DNA of 32,000 nt from Candidatus Saccharimonadota bacterium. Lineage in GTDB: Bacteria > Patescibacteriota > Saccharimonadia > Saccharimonadales > Saccharimonadaceae. Each line of letters begins with the position of its first letter. Position 1 is the first letter of the stretch. Positions 14,061 to 23,585 of this stretch are shown here, piece by piece. The notes under the pieces are model-generated. The model saw only the letters and a program-made list of their open reading frames with translations. It had not been told where the DNA came from and made no database searches. The position numbers and the translations under genes were made by a program. The DNA is taken from assembly GCA_049296095.1 (NCBI GenBank), contig JBAQRV010000001.1, positions 600,001 to 632,000 of the forward strand, in the 5' to 3' direction.

Positions 14061-14644
14061 GTCTGAATAAACTCGAAGAGCTTATTCGTTTCCGTTTCAG
14101 GACTCTTGAGATACTCGAGATAGAATTCGGGGTTGTTGTCGTACAGCGGGGTGAGTCGCCACAGCGACAGCCAATCTCCACGACGGTCATCGAGGTAAAA
14201 CCCAATACTGGAATAACGGTCGTGACGCCAGTCGTCGTGCAGCATATGAATCTCGCGTGAGACGCCGAGCGCTGCGTGCGGTCCAGTCAGGCGGTCGAAA
14301 ATAAACAGTGTATCAAACGGGACCTTTGGGTGGGTATGATACTGATTGATGTACTCGACGTAATGGGTCAGAAGTCGTTGACCGAGCTCATCGATAGCGG
14401 TCCTCCTCATGGTATAGAGCAGAAGATGAACACTCGAATCAGTCAGTGAGTAGGCAAGAAGCGAAACCTCAATTGCAAGAATATCAGCGATAGAGGATAG
14501 GTTGCTGAGTCGTCGTCGTGGCGACAGGGCATCTTGAAGCAGCGTAAGAAAATAGGCTTTATCAAGCGCCGATCGAAAGAAGTACTGATCATCAGTTGCT
14601 GTTATCCATAGGTGGTAATAACCAGGTTTATTTGTATGAGCCAT
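14057..14644 (-). CDS. IS200/RayT-like (Y1/HUH transposase superfamily) protein with a degenerate HUH motif
   Basis: YYHLWITATDDQYFF...AYFLTLLQD...LLAYSLTDSSVHLLLYT...REIHMLHDDW..DRYSSIGFY follows the REP-associated tyrosine transposase layout. I set the start at ATG 14644 (residue 95 of the track ORF) because the longer form overlaps ruvA. Confidence 0.5.
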   Translation of the reverse strand: MAHTNKPGYYHLWITATDDQYFFRSALDKAYFLTLLQDALSPRRRLSNLSSIADILAIEVSLLAYSLTDSSVHLLLYTMRRTAIDELGQRLLTHYVEYINQYHTHPKVPFDTLFIFDRLTGPHAALGVSREIHMLHDDWRHDRYSSIGFYLDDRRGDWLSLWRLTPLYDNNPEFYLEYLKSPETETNKLFEFIQT

Positions 14645-14650
14645 ACCTAG

Positions 14651-14656
14651 ACTATA
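14651..14656 (-). promoter_or_regulatory. -10 box TATAGT, 6 nt upstream of ATG 14644 (leaderless candidate)
   Basis: mRNA sense reads GACTATAGT-CTAGGT-ATG. Confidence 0.4.
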
Positions 14657-14720
14657 GTCAGTGGATCTTGTCAGATATTTAACAAAACACAAGTCAGTAG
14701 CCCGAGGCTGAGGAATGTGA

Positions 14721-14726
14721 CATAAT
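14721..14726 (+). promoter_or_regulatory. -10 box CATAAT, 7 nt upstream of ruvA ATG (leaderless candidate)
   Basis: CATAAT-AAAACAT-ATG. Confidence 0.35.
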
Positions 14727-14733
14727 AAAACAT

Positions 14734-15309
14734 ATGATTGCGCACGTGTCTGGAGTAGTGGCCGAGAAATTCGCGAACTCCGTGATCGTAGATGTTCACG
14801 ATGTCGGGTATGAGGTACATGTTGCTGCGGGGGATTTTGACCGAGCACTCTTAGGTGAACCCGTAAAGTTCTATACCTATCATCATATTCGCGAACAGTC
14901 GCAGGAATTATTTGGCTTCTCATCACTCGCCGCCAAGAAATTATTTGAACTCCTCATCACCGTTCAAGGTGTTGGTCCAAAAGCGGCTCTCGCTATCTTA
15001 TCTCTCGGTGAGAGTGAAGTGGTGCGCAACGCAATCGCCAGTGGCGACAGTGGCTTTGTCTCTAAGGCGAGTGGTGTTGGTAAGAAAATAGCTGAACGCG
15101 TTGTTGTGGATCTGTCAGATAAGGTAGGGCTCGCGGTGAATATAGCACACGTTAGTGGGGTCGGTACTGCACCAGTTGGCGATGAGGCACTCGAGGCGCT
15201 GATGGCACTTGGATATAGCTTGAATGATGCAATTGCGGCCCTGGAATCGGTTTCGACCGACCTCTCGACTGCCGAACGGGTAACGCAAGCCCTCAAAGGA
15301 CAAAACTAA
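14734..15309 (+). CDS. ruvA: Holliday junction branch migration complex subunit RuvA
   Basis: MIAHVSGVV........VIVDV..VGYEV.V, then [20 protein letters not shown] (HhH motifs). Confidence 0.85.
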   Translation: MIAHVSGVVAEKFANSVIVDVHDVGYEVHVAAGDFDRALLGEPVKFYTYHHIREQSQELFGFSSLAAKKLFELLITVQGVGPKAALAILSLGESEVVRNAIASGDSGFVSKASGVGKKIAERVVVDLSDKVGLAVNIAHVSGVGTAPVGDEALEALMALGYSLNDAIAALESVSTDLSTAERVTQALKGQN

Positions 15310-16337
15310 TGGCCATTGAACGAATTGTTGATACCAGCGACCACGATGAAGATGCTGATGAGCAGATTATTGAAGTCACCCTTCGACCACGTACCTTTGC
15401 AGACTATGTTGGCCAAGATCGCCTCAAAAAGAATTTAAAACTAGCGATTGACGCCGCTAAAAAACGCGATGAACCACTCGATCACATTCTGCTGTATGGC
15501 CCCCCAGGACTTGGCAAGACAACTATGGCAACGGTGATTGCCAATGAAATGGGCAAGTCGATTCGGGTCACGGCAGGCCCAGCAATCGAAAAGGCAGGGG
15601 ATCTTGCGAGCATTCTGACTAATCTGACCGATGGCGACATCTTATTTATCGATGAGATTCACCGCCTTAGTCGAACTGTCGAAGAGGTGCTGTATTCGGC
15701 GATGGAAGATTACAAGCTCGACATTATGATCGGCAAAGGCCCCGCAGCGCGGAGCGTTCGTCTGGATCTGCCAAAATTTACGGTGATTGGGGCAACCACA
15801 AGGACAGGTGCATTGGCGGCACCCCTGCGTGATCGATTTGGGCATATGTACCGCCTCGATTTTTACGCGCCGAATGAAATTAGTAAGATTATCACGAGAG
15901 CTGCCTCTATTCTCGAAAGTAAGATCGACGCTGCTTCGGCTAATATGCTTTCAACTCGTGCTCGGTTGACTCCTCGCATCGCCAACCGCCTCTTGAAACG
16001 TGTCCGTGACTATGCTGATGTCAACGGTGATGGCATTATCGATACGGTGACGACAACCAAGGCTCTGGAACTGCTCGAGATCGACGAACTGGGCCTCGAT
16101 TCCGGCGATCGTAATCTGCTGATCAGTATGATTGATAATTACGGCAGCAACCCAGTCGGCCTTAATACACTCGCAGCCCTAACTGGCGACGAAGCAACAA
16201 CGATCGAGGATTTCTACGAACCGTATCTGTTACAGATTGGCTTTATTGAACGAACACCGCGTGGTCGCAAGGCAACACCAAAAGCTTATAAACATATCGG
16301 TAAAACACCAGACATACAGCAAGAATCGTTGCTATAA
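15309..16337 (+). CDS. ruvB: Holliday junction branch migration DNA helicase RuvB
   Basis: [13 protein letters not shown]..., Walker [16 protein letters not shown]. The start overlaps the ruvA stop (TAATG). Confidence 0.95.
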   Translation: MAIERIVDTSDHDEDADEQIIEVTLRPRTFADYVGQDRLKKNLKLAIDAAKKRDEPLDHILLYGPPGLGKTTMATVIANEMGKSIRVTAGPAIEKAGDLASILTNLTDGDILFIDEIHRLSRTVEEVLYSAMEDYKLDIMIGKGPAARSVRLDLPKFTVIGATTRTGALAAPLRDRFGHMYRLDFYAPNEISKIITRAASILESKIDAASANMLSTRARLTPRIANRLLKRVRDYADVNGDGIIDTVTTTKALELLEIDELGLDSGDRNLLISMIDNYGSNPVGLNTLAALTGDEATTIEDFYEPYLLQIGFIERTPRGRKATPKAYKHIGKTPDIQQESLL

Positions 16338-16338
16338 T
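16333..16338 (+). promoter_or_regulatory. -10 box TATAAT, 6 nt upstream of ATG 16345 (leaderless candidate; overlaps the ruvB stop codon)
   Basis: GCTATAAT-ACTTGT-ATG. Confidence 0.35.
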
Positions 16339-16344
16339 ACTTGT

Positions 16345-17082
16345 ATGAACCCAGAAACGACCGAAGAGAATTACGATCAGCCAGTTGCTTATGATACCAA
16401 CGGTAAGCCTTTGTATGCACGACCCCAAAAGGCAGAGAAGTCTGTACCTCAGGTAGTTCACTTATCTCGTCCTGTCGAGCCAACAAGGGCAGTCGTGAGT
16501 CCAGAGGTAAGGATAAAACACGAACGATCAAAGCGATTGTTTCCTTATCTCAATCTAAGTGAAGGTGAGTATGTGATTAGCGCTGTTCGCCGTCACCCAA
16601 TCGGCTTGATTATTCCACTTGCGCTTGGGACGCTTATCATTATCCTCGCTCTCGCACTCCTCATGAATTATGCGAGCTTTGCAGAGTTCTTTAGTATCCA
16701 AGGGGCTGCCGCAGAAATAGGCAGCGTGACGGTTCCTATCCTTCTGTTCTGTATACTCGTCGGGTTGGGTATGTTCGCTATCTATTATGTCTATGTGAAT
16801 AATAAGTTCTTTTTAACGAACGAGAGTGTGATCCAAGAGATCCAGGTTAGTCTGTTCTCGCGCCTCGAGCAGACGGTGAGCCTGAGCAATATCGAAGATG
16901 CCAGTTACACCCAACAGGGCATCCTGCAACTAGTCTTTAATTATGGTTCGATCCGCTTGAGTACAGAAGGTGACGAGACGACCTATCGATTTACCTATGT
17001 TGCTAATCCAAAGATCCATATTGCTACGTTGAACAATGCGGTTGAGGCCTTTAAGAATGGCCGTCCTGTCGACGACAATTAA
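16345..17082 (+). CDS. Bacterial PH domain (bPH_2/YdbT-like) membrane protein
   Basis: L.EGEYVISAVRRHPIGL is followed by two TM helices and a C-terminal beta-rich region (GILQLVFNYGSIRLSTEG). I set the start at ATG 16345; the track's upstream extension lies inside ruvB. Confidence 0.65.
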   Translation: MNPETTEENYDQPVAYDTNGKPLYARPQKAEKSVPQVVHLSRPVEPTRAVVSPEVRIKHERSKRLFPYLNLSEGEYVISAVRRHPIGLIIPLALGTLIIILALALLMNYASFAEFFSIQGAAAEIGSVTVPILLFCILVGLGMFAIYYVYVNNKFFLTNESVIQEIQVSLFSRLEQTVSLSNIEDASYTQQGILQLVFNYGSIRLSTEGDETTYRFTYVANPKIHIATLNNAVEAFKNGRPVDDN

Positions 17083-17474
17083 TGTGTTGGACTATCTTTG
17101 ATATAGTCTGCTTCGTTTTCGAGAATTGTGCGGAGCGTATAGCTCTTGCACTGGTCGCCCTCACAATTGAGTGACTCGTAACGATAATTACTGTTTGCTT
17201 CGCCGATCTTGACGCCCTGGGGGTCGGTAAATAGGTCTGGGTCGACTGAAGGAAGTACTTTCTCATCGATTGTGCGAGGGTAATAGCCATTGGTTTTGTA
17301 AAATACTTCCTCGAGGCTGTAATACATCGCATTAATTGAGGTTTTACGTATTTCATCACGGGAAGCAATCTCGAGATTATTCTTTTGAATAAAGAAAAGG
17401 ACGCTCGCAGTACCAATGACGGCCACGATAAATAACAGTTCAATAATAGTAAAACCGCGGTGTGTTGTATTCAT
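17079..17474 (-). CDS. Type IV pilin / pseudopilin (prepilin-type N-terminal cleavage/methylation domain)
   Basis: MNTTHRG/FTIIELLFIVAVIG with Glu5, and a C-terminal Cys pair (NCEGDQC). Confidence 0.75.
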   Translation of the reverse strand: MNTTHRGFTIIELLFIVAVIGTASVLFFIQKNNLEIASRDEIRKTSINAMYYSLEEVFYKTNGYYPRTIDEKVLPSVDPDLFTDPQGVKIGEANSNYRYESLNCEGDQCKSYTLRTILENEADYIKDSPTH

Positions 17475-17481
17475 TAGTCTG

Positions 17482-17487
17482 ATTATA
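17482..17487 (-). promoter_or_regulatory. -10 box TATAAT, 7 nt upstream of pilin ATG 17474 (leaderless candidate)
   Basis: mRNA sense reads GCTATAAT-CAGACTA-ATG. Confidence 0.4.
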
Positions 17488-17543
17488 GCAAATTAAGAAT
17501 TGCCCGCGTATAATAAAGGGAGATATAAAGAGAGGGAGACTAC

Positions 17544-18596
17544 ATGCCGACAAAGAAAACAGATAAGCCTGACAAGTCCACGTTGCCCGAAAAACCGGTT
17601 GCGAACGAAGGGAAATTAAAGGCCCTTGGCCTGGCGCAAGAGCAGATTAATAAACAATTTGGTGATGGCGCAATTCGTCGGCTTGGGGACACCAAGGCTG
17701 TTGATGTTGAATTGTTCAGTAGCGGCGCATTGTCACTAGACCTCGCACTCGGTGGAGGCTTTCCAAAGGGCCGTATCATCGAGATCTATGGGCCAGAGTC
17801 TTCAGGTAAGACAACATTGACACTCCATGCAATCGCAGAGATTCAGAAGCAGGGTGGAACAGCTGCCTTTATCGATGCAGAGCACGCCCTTGACCCGTCT
17901 TACGCCCGCAAGCTGGGTGTTGATACTGATAATCTTCTCGTCTCTCAACCAGACAATGGTGAGCAGGCTCTGGAGATCGCTGAAACCCTCGTTCGTTCAA
18001 ATGCGGTGGATCTTGTGGTCGTAGACTCAGTTGCTGCACTCGTTCCTCAGGCTGAAATTGAAGGTGAAATGGGCGATAGCCACATGGGTCTTCAGGCACG
18101 TCTGATGAGCCAGGCACTTCGTAAGTTGACGGGTATCATCAATAAGAGTCACACAACGGTTATTTTCATTAACCAGATTCGTATGAAAATTGGTGTGATG
18201 TTTGGTAACCCTGAAACTACCACCGGTGGTAACGCTTTGAAGTTCTACGCTTCTGTTCGTTTGGATATTCGCCGTACTGGTCAGATCAAATCAGGTGAAG
18301 AGATTATCGGTAACCGCACCAAGGTCAAGGTCGTGAAGAATAAGATCGCCCCTCCTTTTAGAGTCGCAGAATTCGATATCATGTACAATGAAGGTATCTC
18401 AAAGACTGGTGATGTTCTAGATCTCGCAGTTCTCCATGGTATTGTCGGAAAATCAGGCGCATGGTTCGATTACGCTGATGCCAAAATCGGTCAAGGCCGT
18501 GAAGCCAGCAAGCAATATCTCGCTGAGAATCCAAAAGTCCTGGCCGAAATCGAAGCCAAGGTTCGCAAGAAAGTTTTTGACGAAGCAGCTGCATAA
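17544..18596 (+). CDS. recA: Recombinase RecA
   Basis: ALG.A..QI.KQFG.GAI..LG, Walker [10 protein letters not shown], and [44 protein letters not shown] at 17509-17514 and a GAGGGAG SD lie upstream. Confidence 0.97.
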   Translation: MPTKKTDKPDKSTLPEKPVANEGKLKALGLAQEQINKQFGDGAIRRLGDTKAVDVELFSSGALSLDLALGGGFPKGRIIEIYGPESSGKTTLTLHAIAEIQKQGGTAAFIDAEHALDPSYARKLGVDTDNLLVSQPDNGEQALEIAETLVRSNAVDLVVVDSVAALVPQAEIEGEMGDSHMGLQARLMSQALRKLTGIINKSHTTVIFINQIRMKIGVMFGNPETTTGGNALKFYASVRLDIRRTGQIKSGEEIIGNRTKVKVVKNKIAPPFRVAEFDIMYNEGISKTGDVLDLAVLHGIVGKSGAWFDYADAKIGQGREASKQYLAENPKVLAEIEAKVRKKVFDEAAA

Positions 18597-18608
18597 CGAT
18601 ATCTCGTT

Positions 18609-19244
18609 ATGAAAATAACCGCCATCTCAGTTCAAGCCCGCGACAAAGACCGTGTTAATGTGTCTGTTGATGGCAAGTATCGGTTGAGTCTCGATATATT
18701 ACAGCTCAGCGATCTTGGGGTGAAGATTGGCAATGAGTATACCGAGGAGGAGATGAAACTTCTCGAAGACGAGAGTCAATACGGCAAACTGTATGGCCGT
18801 GCCCTCGAATACGCTTTGATGCGTCCGCGTAGTCAGCGAGAAGTGAAAGACTATCTCTATCGTAAGACCCGTGATACGCGCACAAAACTAGGCACCATCA
18901 AAAAAGGCGCGTCAGTTCAATTAACCGATCGCGTATTCGATCGTTTGGTCAAAAAGGGTTATGTCGATGATGAAAAATTTGCTGCGTTTTGGATCGAGAA
19001 TCGTAACCAACGAAAAGGGACGAGCATGCGCAAGCTGTCGGCAGAATTGAGTACAAAGGGTGTCGACCACACAATTATTGAGCGACTGTTGTCTGAAACC
19101 GATCGAGAAGATACAGACGAACTGCAGAAGATTATTGCGAAAAAACGTTCTCGCTACGATGATGAGCAAAAATTCATGGCTTATTTAGCTCGTCAGGGCT
19201 TTAGTTATGACGATATAAAAGAAGCGCTGGCGAACGACGACTAA
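18609..19244 (+). CDS. recX: Recombination regulator RecX
   Basis: It lies immediately downstream of recA. RALEYALMRPRSQREVKDYL and the repeated helical modules fit RecX. Confidence 0.7.
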   Translation: MKITAISVQARDKDRVNVSVDGKYRLSLDILQLSDLGVKIGNEYTEEEMKLLEDESQYGKLYGRALEYALMRPRSQREVKDYLYRKTRDTRTKLGTIKKGASVQLTDRVFDRLVKKGYVDDEKFAAFWIENRNQRKGTSMRKLSAELSTKGVDHTIIERLLSETDREDTDELQKIIAKKRSRYDDEQKFMAYLARQGFSYDDIKEALANDD

Positions 19245-19813
19245 GTTTCTGGTTCTGGAGTAGCTGGAGGGCGAAAAGGGTTAACATATTCATTGCGTGT
19301 TGCTTTGAGGACCGGCTCCGGACTCTTTTTAGCAGCACTCTTCACGATAATTGCATCATCGTTGATCTCAGTAATCTGATTTCGGTGAACTAAGAGTCCA
19401 GTGGTAGTAAAGCCCTTAAAGAGTCCACGATTGACGTTTAGTTGCTGGATGACAAAACTGCCTGTTTCAACAGTGTAGCCATCAACCTTGCCTAGCCGAT
19501 GTTTACGTTCATCAATCACGGGCATGCCAATAAGCTTAAAGCCGAGTTCACGGAGTTCCTTTAGTTTAATAACATCATTCAGGCCCACAAATTCTTCACT
19601 ACTGTCGATGATCATGCCGATGCCACCCATTTCACGAATGTCAGCGGTCCGAAGAAAAGAAGGATGTTCGTCGAGTAATGGACCATCAACCTCAAAGGCA
19701 ACAATTTTGAGTGTCGCCGGATCAATAAGAGGGTCGCCTGTCCTGGCGAGGCGTGTTCCGGTCTGCAGGCTCATGACAGGTGTATTGTTGAGTCGAGATC
19801 CTAATACTAGCAT
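19241..19813 (-). CDS. PRC-barrel domain protein (two tandem barrels)
   Basis: Two repeats of the pattern V....G..LG.V....ID.....I..F.V / V.D..G..LGKVDGY.V......I..L.V. Confidence 0.5.
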   Translation of the reverse strand: MLVLGSRLNNTPVMSLQTGTRLARTGDPLIDPATLKIVAFEVDGPLLDEHPSFLRTADIREMGGIGMIIDSSEEFVGLNDVIKLKELRELGFKLIGMPVIDERKHRLGKVDGYTVETGSFVIQQLNVNRGLFKGFTTTGLLVHRNQITEINDDAIIVKSAAKKSPEPVLKATRNEYVNPFRPPATPEPET

Positions 19814-19819
19814 ATCTTT

Positions 19820-19825
19820 AGTATA
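19820..19825 (-). promoter_or_regulatory. -10 box TATACT, 6 nt upstream of ATG 19813 (leaderless candidate)
   Basis: mRNA sense reads GCTTATACT-AAAGAT-ATG. Confidence 0.4.
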
Positions 19826-19845
19826 AGCTTTTTGATGGCGCTACG

Positions 19846-20136
19846 CTACTCGCCGAATGGATTAATACGACCGCTTGGAAGCGTGGCGGCGGGAACAGCC
19901 TCGTCACTGGTGTGGAGCTCTTTGATGCGGTCGAGTGTTGATTGGTCGATCGTCCCAGCACTAATTGATGAGGTATACCCGGCATCAAGTTCTGACAAGT
20001 TTGCGAGCATATCATTGAGCAGAAGTACTGCCCCGCCCAACCCTGCAGCGATGGCAATGATAAACAGTGTCAAATGAAACTTTGTAAAGAGTAGCTTGAA
20101 TGGTTTAAAGAGTGACCCTATCGTAAGATTCTTCAT
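19846..20136 (-). CDS. Small bitopic membrane protein in the pilMNO operon (possible minimal PilP-like component)
   Basis: GAGG SD 8 nt upstream and a 3-nt gap after pilO. It has one TM helix (LTLFIIAIAAGLGGAVLLL) and the C-terminus GRINPFGE. Confidence 0.5.
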   Translation of the reverse strand: MKNLTIGSLFKPFKLLFTKFHLTLFIIAIAAGLGGAVLLLNDMLANLSELDAGYTSSISAGTIDQSTLDRIKELHTSDEAVPAATLPSGRINPFGE

Positions 20137-20139
20137 ATA

Positions 20140-20682
20140 CTACCTCGTTGATATCCCAATTTTTATGTCTTCTGTCGTGACTTCACCAGCAGACCCAGAA
20201 CTTGTACGACCGAGGCTGACACTGGTAACCTGCATTTTCGGAAGATTACCTTCGATAGCGTCCAGGAACTGAAGGAGCTTTGTATAGGACACAGGAGACT
20301 GGAGGGTGATAACAAAGATGTTTCCGTTCGCACCGTCGGTGGTTGATTCAAATTTTGTATTGAGGATTGTCATTCCATAGGTCTGTGCATATTTTTGGAC
20401 ATCTTTCAAAGACTGTGACTGATAGTTGTCTGGTGTCGCGAATAATTTATTGGCCTTGTCAACGAGTTGCTCCCGATCAGCGAGCTCCTGTTTCAATGCT
20501 TGAAGTTCGGCAATTTGACCTCCACTTGCATCAGCATCAGTGACGGAGTGACTCACTTCGATTGCATAGGCTTTGATCTGCTCAAATACCAGATAGAAGC
20601 CACCAACAGCTGCGCCAAGTGTCACAATGAATAGAAAGATGAGGAACGTACGAGTCGAGGTCGCTTTCATGGATTTTTTCAT
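20140..20682 (-). CDS. pilO: Type IV pilus assembly protein PilO-like
   Basis: N-terminal TM helix, a coiled coil (IAELQALKQELADREQLVDKANKLF), a C-terminal ferredoxin-like region, and a position after pilN. Confidence 0.6.
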   Translation of the reverse strand: MKKSMKATSTRTFLIFLFIVTLGAAVGGFYLVFEQIKAYAIEVSHSVTDADASGGQIAELQALKQELADREQLVDKANKLFATPDNYQSQSLKDVQKYAQTYGMTILNTKFESTTDGANGNIFVITLQSPVSYTKLLQFLDAIEGNLPKMQVTSVSLGRTSSGSAGEVTTEDIKIGISTR

Positions 20683-21245
20683 TGTGAAATGGCCCTATTT
20701 AAAGTTAAGGTAATGGTCGCGCTAACTGGATAGCCAGTAATCCCTCCTGACGTATCTGAGACAGATTCAAAACTGACGTTAGAGAAGAATGGAGAACTTT
20801 GGAAGCGGTCACGAAGTGCGACTGCATCATTACTTGATTTGGCGTATACCTTGAGTGTGAGTGGTGTTCCAATGAAGGAGTTGCTGTCGAGTGTTAATTT
20901 GTCGATAACAGTATTGGCCGGCATTTGTTGAGCAATATTAACGAGTACGTTCGAATAAAGAATCTCTTGGTCGAGAATCGTCTTTGCTTCAGTTAATCCT
21001 GCACTGAGTGAATCAACCTGCTGTTTTGTTTGACTGTAAACAGCAGCCTGAGTGTCATTAGCTGTGATTTGTTGTTGGGCACTAGTATGTATCTGACCAA
21101 GCAATAAGTACGATCCCCATACGACCAGAGCAAGGAAGGCGGCACTAATAAGTAGAATAGTAATGTAGCGTACCAGTACGACGTTGGCACGTGCGGCTCT
21201 AATTTCCCTTTTCGCGTCATCAGGCATTAAATTAATCATTTCCAT
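20679..21245 (-). CDS. pilN: Type IV pilus assembly protein PilN
   Basis: N-terminal INLMP motif followed by basic residues and a TM helix. It overlaps both pilM and pilO. Confidence 0.7.
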   Translation of the reverse strand: MEMINLMPDDAKREIRAARANVVLVRYITILLISAAFLALVVWGSYLLLGQIHTSAQQQITANDTQAAVYSQTKQQVDSLSAGLTEAKTILDQEILYSNVLVNIAQQMPANTVIDKLTLDSNSFIGTPLTLKVYAKSSNDAVALRDRFQSSPFFSNVSFESVSDTSGGITGYPVSATITLTLNRAISQ

Positions 21246-22303
21246 ATACTCCCTGGAGGAATGCTAGCTAGGCCAGCAACGGTTATGTATCGTGAGCGGA
21301 ATTGCTTTGGTGGTTCTTGGATCTTGCCAAAATCGAGCTTCTGCCATGGGCTGGCAACGCGGGCGGGCATGACGAGCTTGTCAGTGAAATACTCGCCGAT
21401 ACCAGGCAAGTTACTTCCACTTCCGACCACTAATAGTTGTTCAAGCTTTCGAGTATCACTGATACGCTCATCGTAGTAGCGCATAACCTTTCGGATTTCG
21501 GTCATGATGCGTTCGAGGCTTGGCCGGAGGGCTTCACTAATTTTTTGTTGGCGAGGCCCAGCGCTAAGTCCATTAAGCACTTTTAGTTGGTGAGCATTTT
21601 CAAGTGCAACGTTTAATTTCTTTGCTATATCAAGCGTAAAGCTGTTGCCACCAATGGCTAACCCGCCAGTGACGCGAATAGTTCCTTTGTCGAGGATAGC
21701 AATGTCGGTACTAGCTGGTCCAATATCGACAATAACGGTGGGGAGGTCGCCCTCTTCGGTGGCCGTGAGGACGCGCCCAACTGAGCTGATACTCGGTTCG
21801 ACGAATACTGGCTGCAAGCCCGCAGCTTCGACGCTCGTAATGATATTGTCAACGATGACGCGAGAAACGGCACTCATAAGTACGGTGATTTCTTGTTTAT
21901 TTCGTTCAATGACTTGATAGTCAATATATAGCGTAGAGGAGGGGATGGGAATGTATTGGTCGGCCTCTAACATGACTGCATCATGAAGCTTTTTTTCGGT
22001 TGAAAGGGGAAGTGTGAAAGTTCGGGAGTAACTGCGCGCTGTCGGGACAGAAACGGCGACTCGGTTGCTTTGTAATTGTCCCACGATCTTTTCAGCCAGC
22101 ATAAGTTTAATGTTATCAGTGAGATAGGTACTACCCTCTGTCTCTAACGCATCCTTTACTTTTAGTGGGTCGAGATCAAGTGAACCATAGCCATTCACTA
22201 ACCATTTTTTTGGATCAATGGACATGATTTTGATACCAGTACTACTGATATCAAGTCCGACGATTGGTTTATCTTTATAAAATAATTTTGACATAGAGCC
22301 CAC
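21236..22303 (-). CDS. pilM: Type IV pilus assembly ATPase-fold protein PilM
   Basis: Actin-like ASKHA motifs: IVGLDISSTGIKI, VIVDIGPASTDIAIL and LLVVGSGSNLPGI. The start is either GTG 22303 or ATG 22294. TGcTATAAT lies at 22321-22329 on the minus strand. Confidence 0.8.
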   Translation of the reverse strand: MGSMSKLFYKDKPIVGLDISSTGIKIMSIDPKKWLVNGYGSLDLDPLKVKDALETEGSTYLTDNIKLMLAEKIVGQLQSNRVAVSVPTARSYSRTFTLPLSTEKKLHDAVMLEADQYIPIPSSTLYIDYQVIERNKQEITVLMSAVSRVIVDNIITSVEAAGLQPVFVEPSISSVGRVLTATEEGDLPTVIVDIGPASTDIAILDKGTIRVTGGLAIGGNSFTLDIAKKLNVALENAHQLKVLNGLSAGPRQQKISEALRPSLERIMTEIRKVMRYYDERISDTRKLEQLLVVGSGSNLPGIGEYFTDKLVMPARVASPWQKLDFGKIQEPPKQFRSRYITVAGLASIPPGSIWK

Positions 22304-22353
22304 GATTTCAGCTACCCTGTATTATAGCATGAGCGTGTTCGCCGTATCTATGG

Positions 22354-23583
22354 CTATTGGATGTTTTGTGAAAGCTGAGCGATAGGGGTCATGACACTAG
22401 CGGCGATCAGTCCAACCATGCTTCCCATAATGACGATCATAGCTGGTTCTATGATTGAGCTGATACTTTCGATTGCAAGGTCGACCTCTTCTTCATAAAA
22501 ATCGGCTACCTTCACCAGGACGGTATCGGTCTGGCCGGTCTCTTCACCAACAGCGAGCATCTGGCCGACGATTGCGGGGAAGAGAGGGTTTTGTTCGATA
22601 ACAGATGAGAGAGATTTTCCGTTTTTTACCTCTTTAGCGGCTGTTTTTAGGGCCTCTTCGTACAATGAGTTGCCCACTGCCCTAGATGTAACGTCCAAGC
22701 ACTCCAGAACTGCCACTCCCGCACCCATCAGAGCAGAGAATGTCCGCGCAAACCGAGCAATAGCAACTTTCATGATGATATTTTTTAGTACAGGTGTCTT
22801 TAGAATCAGCCCGTCAAACAGACGCCGTCCTTTGGGGGTCTTGATATAACGGCTCAGACCAAAGATCGCTCCAGCGATTACCGGAATGATGATGTACCAA
22901 TAGCTAGTAATGATATGACTGAGACCTAACATAAAAAGAGTAATACCAGGGAGTTCGGCGTCAGGGCCACCCAAATCCGTTAGGATCTTACCAATTTGTG
23001 GAATGACGAAAAGCATCAAGCCAAAGAAGGCTAGGACGGTGATAACTATGAGTACGAGCGGGTAGGCCATAGCACTGCGAATCTTCTTTCGGATGGCAGT
23101 ACTTTTTTCTTGTTGCAGGGCGAGGCGTTTAAGGATGTCGTCGAGGATACCAGCCGCTTCGCCAGCATGCACCATATTAACGTAGATATCGTTAAAAGAG
23201 TCGGGGTGCTTAGCCAAGGCATCCCCCAGGGACATACCGCCCTCGACATTCTTAATAACATCAGCCAGAATCTTTTTTAATACCGAGTCTTCAGCGTGTT
23301 TTTCGAGTGAAGTCAGTGATCGAAGCAGTGGAACACCAGCGCCGACCATTGCACTGAGCTGACGAGTGAAGATGACGAGCTGGTCAGTTTTTACCTTATT
23401 AGAATTAAAGAGGGTATCAAAATTGACCGAAAACCCTTTGCGCGCCTTTAGTTCCTTAATGCTCACTGGTCGAAGATTTTGTTTGGTAAGTGCAGCAATC
23501 ACGCCAGCTCGGTCAAGTTGCTCTGTTTTGCCATTAACTGCTTTTCGCTGAGCGTCGATGGCGACGTAAGAAAATTGAGGCAT
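22354..23583 (-). CDS. pilC: Type IV pilus platform protein PilC (GspF family)
   Basis: Two GspF repeats (FTRQLSAMVGAGVPLLRSL / FARTFSALMGAGVAVLECL) and three TM segments. Confidence 0.9.
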   Translation of the reverse strand: MPQFSYVAIDAQRKAVNGKTEQLDRAGVIAALTKQNLRPVSIKELKARKGFSVNFDTLFNSNKVKTDQLVIFTRQLSAMVGAGVPLLRSLTSLEKHAEDSVLKKILADVIKNVEGGMSLGDALAKHPDSFNDIYVNMVHAGEAAGILDDILKRLALQQEKSTAIRKKIRSAMAYPLVLIVITVLAFFGLMLFVIPQIGKILTDLGGPDAELPGITLFMLGLSHIITSYWYIIIPVIAGAIFGLSRYIKTPKGRRLFDGLILKTPVLKNIIMKVAIARFARTFSALMGAGVAVLECLDVTSRAVGNSLYEEALKTAAKEVKNGKSLSSVIEQNPLFPAIVGQMLAVGEETGQTDTVLVKVADFYEEEVDLAIESISSIIEPAMIVIMGSMVGLIAASVMTPIAQLSQNIQ

Positions 23584-23585
23584 GG

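Noticed and set aside
14645-14926. The 94-codon N-terminal extension of the track ORF 14057..14926 (-).
   Set aside because: It overlaps the ruvA start and promoter region on the opposite strand. It is basic and low-complexity with no homology signal. An ATG at 14644 with a -10 box 6 nt upstream fits the pattern of the rest of the window.
16237-16344. Upstream extensions of track ORFs 16237..17082, 25754..26260, 4643..5296 and 6318..6599.
   Set aside because: The first two extensions lie inside ruvB and tsaE in another frame. The last two begin at TTG codons without SD, while ATG starts with a -10 box or an SD are available downstream (16345, 25874, 4691, 6333).
22261-22320. A one-base disagreement between my hand count and the ORF track at the pilM start.
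   Set aside because: The printed line starting at 22261 shows only 59 letters. The expected c of the codon series tcc-gac-gat is missing at the line break. This is a display artefact and not a frameshift, so I used the track coordinates.
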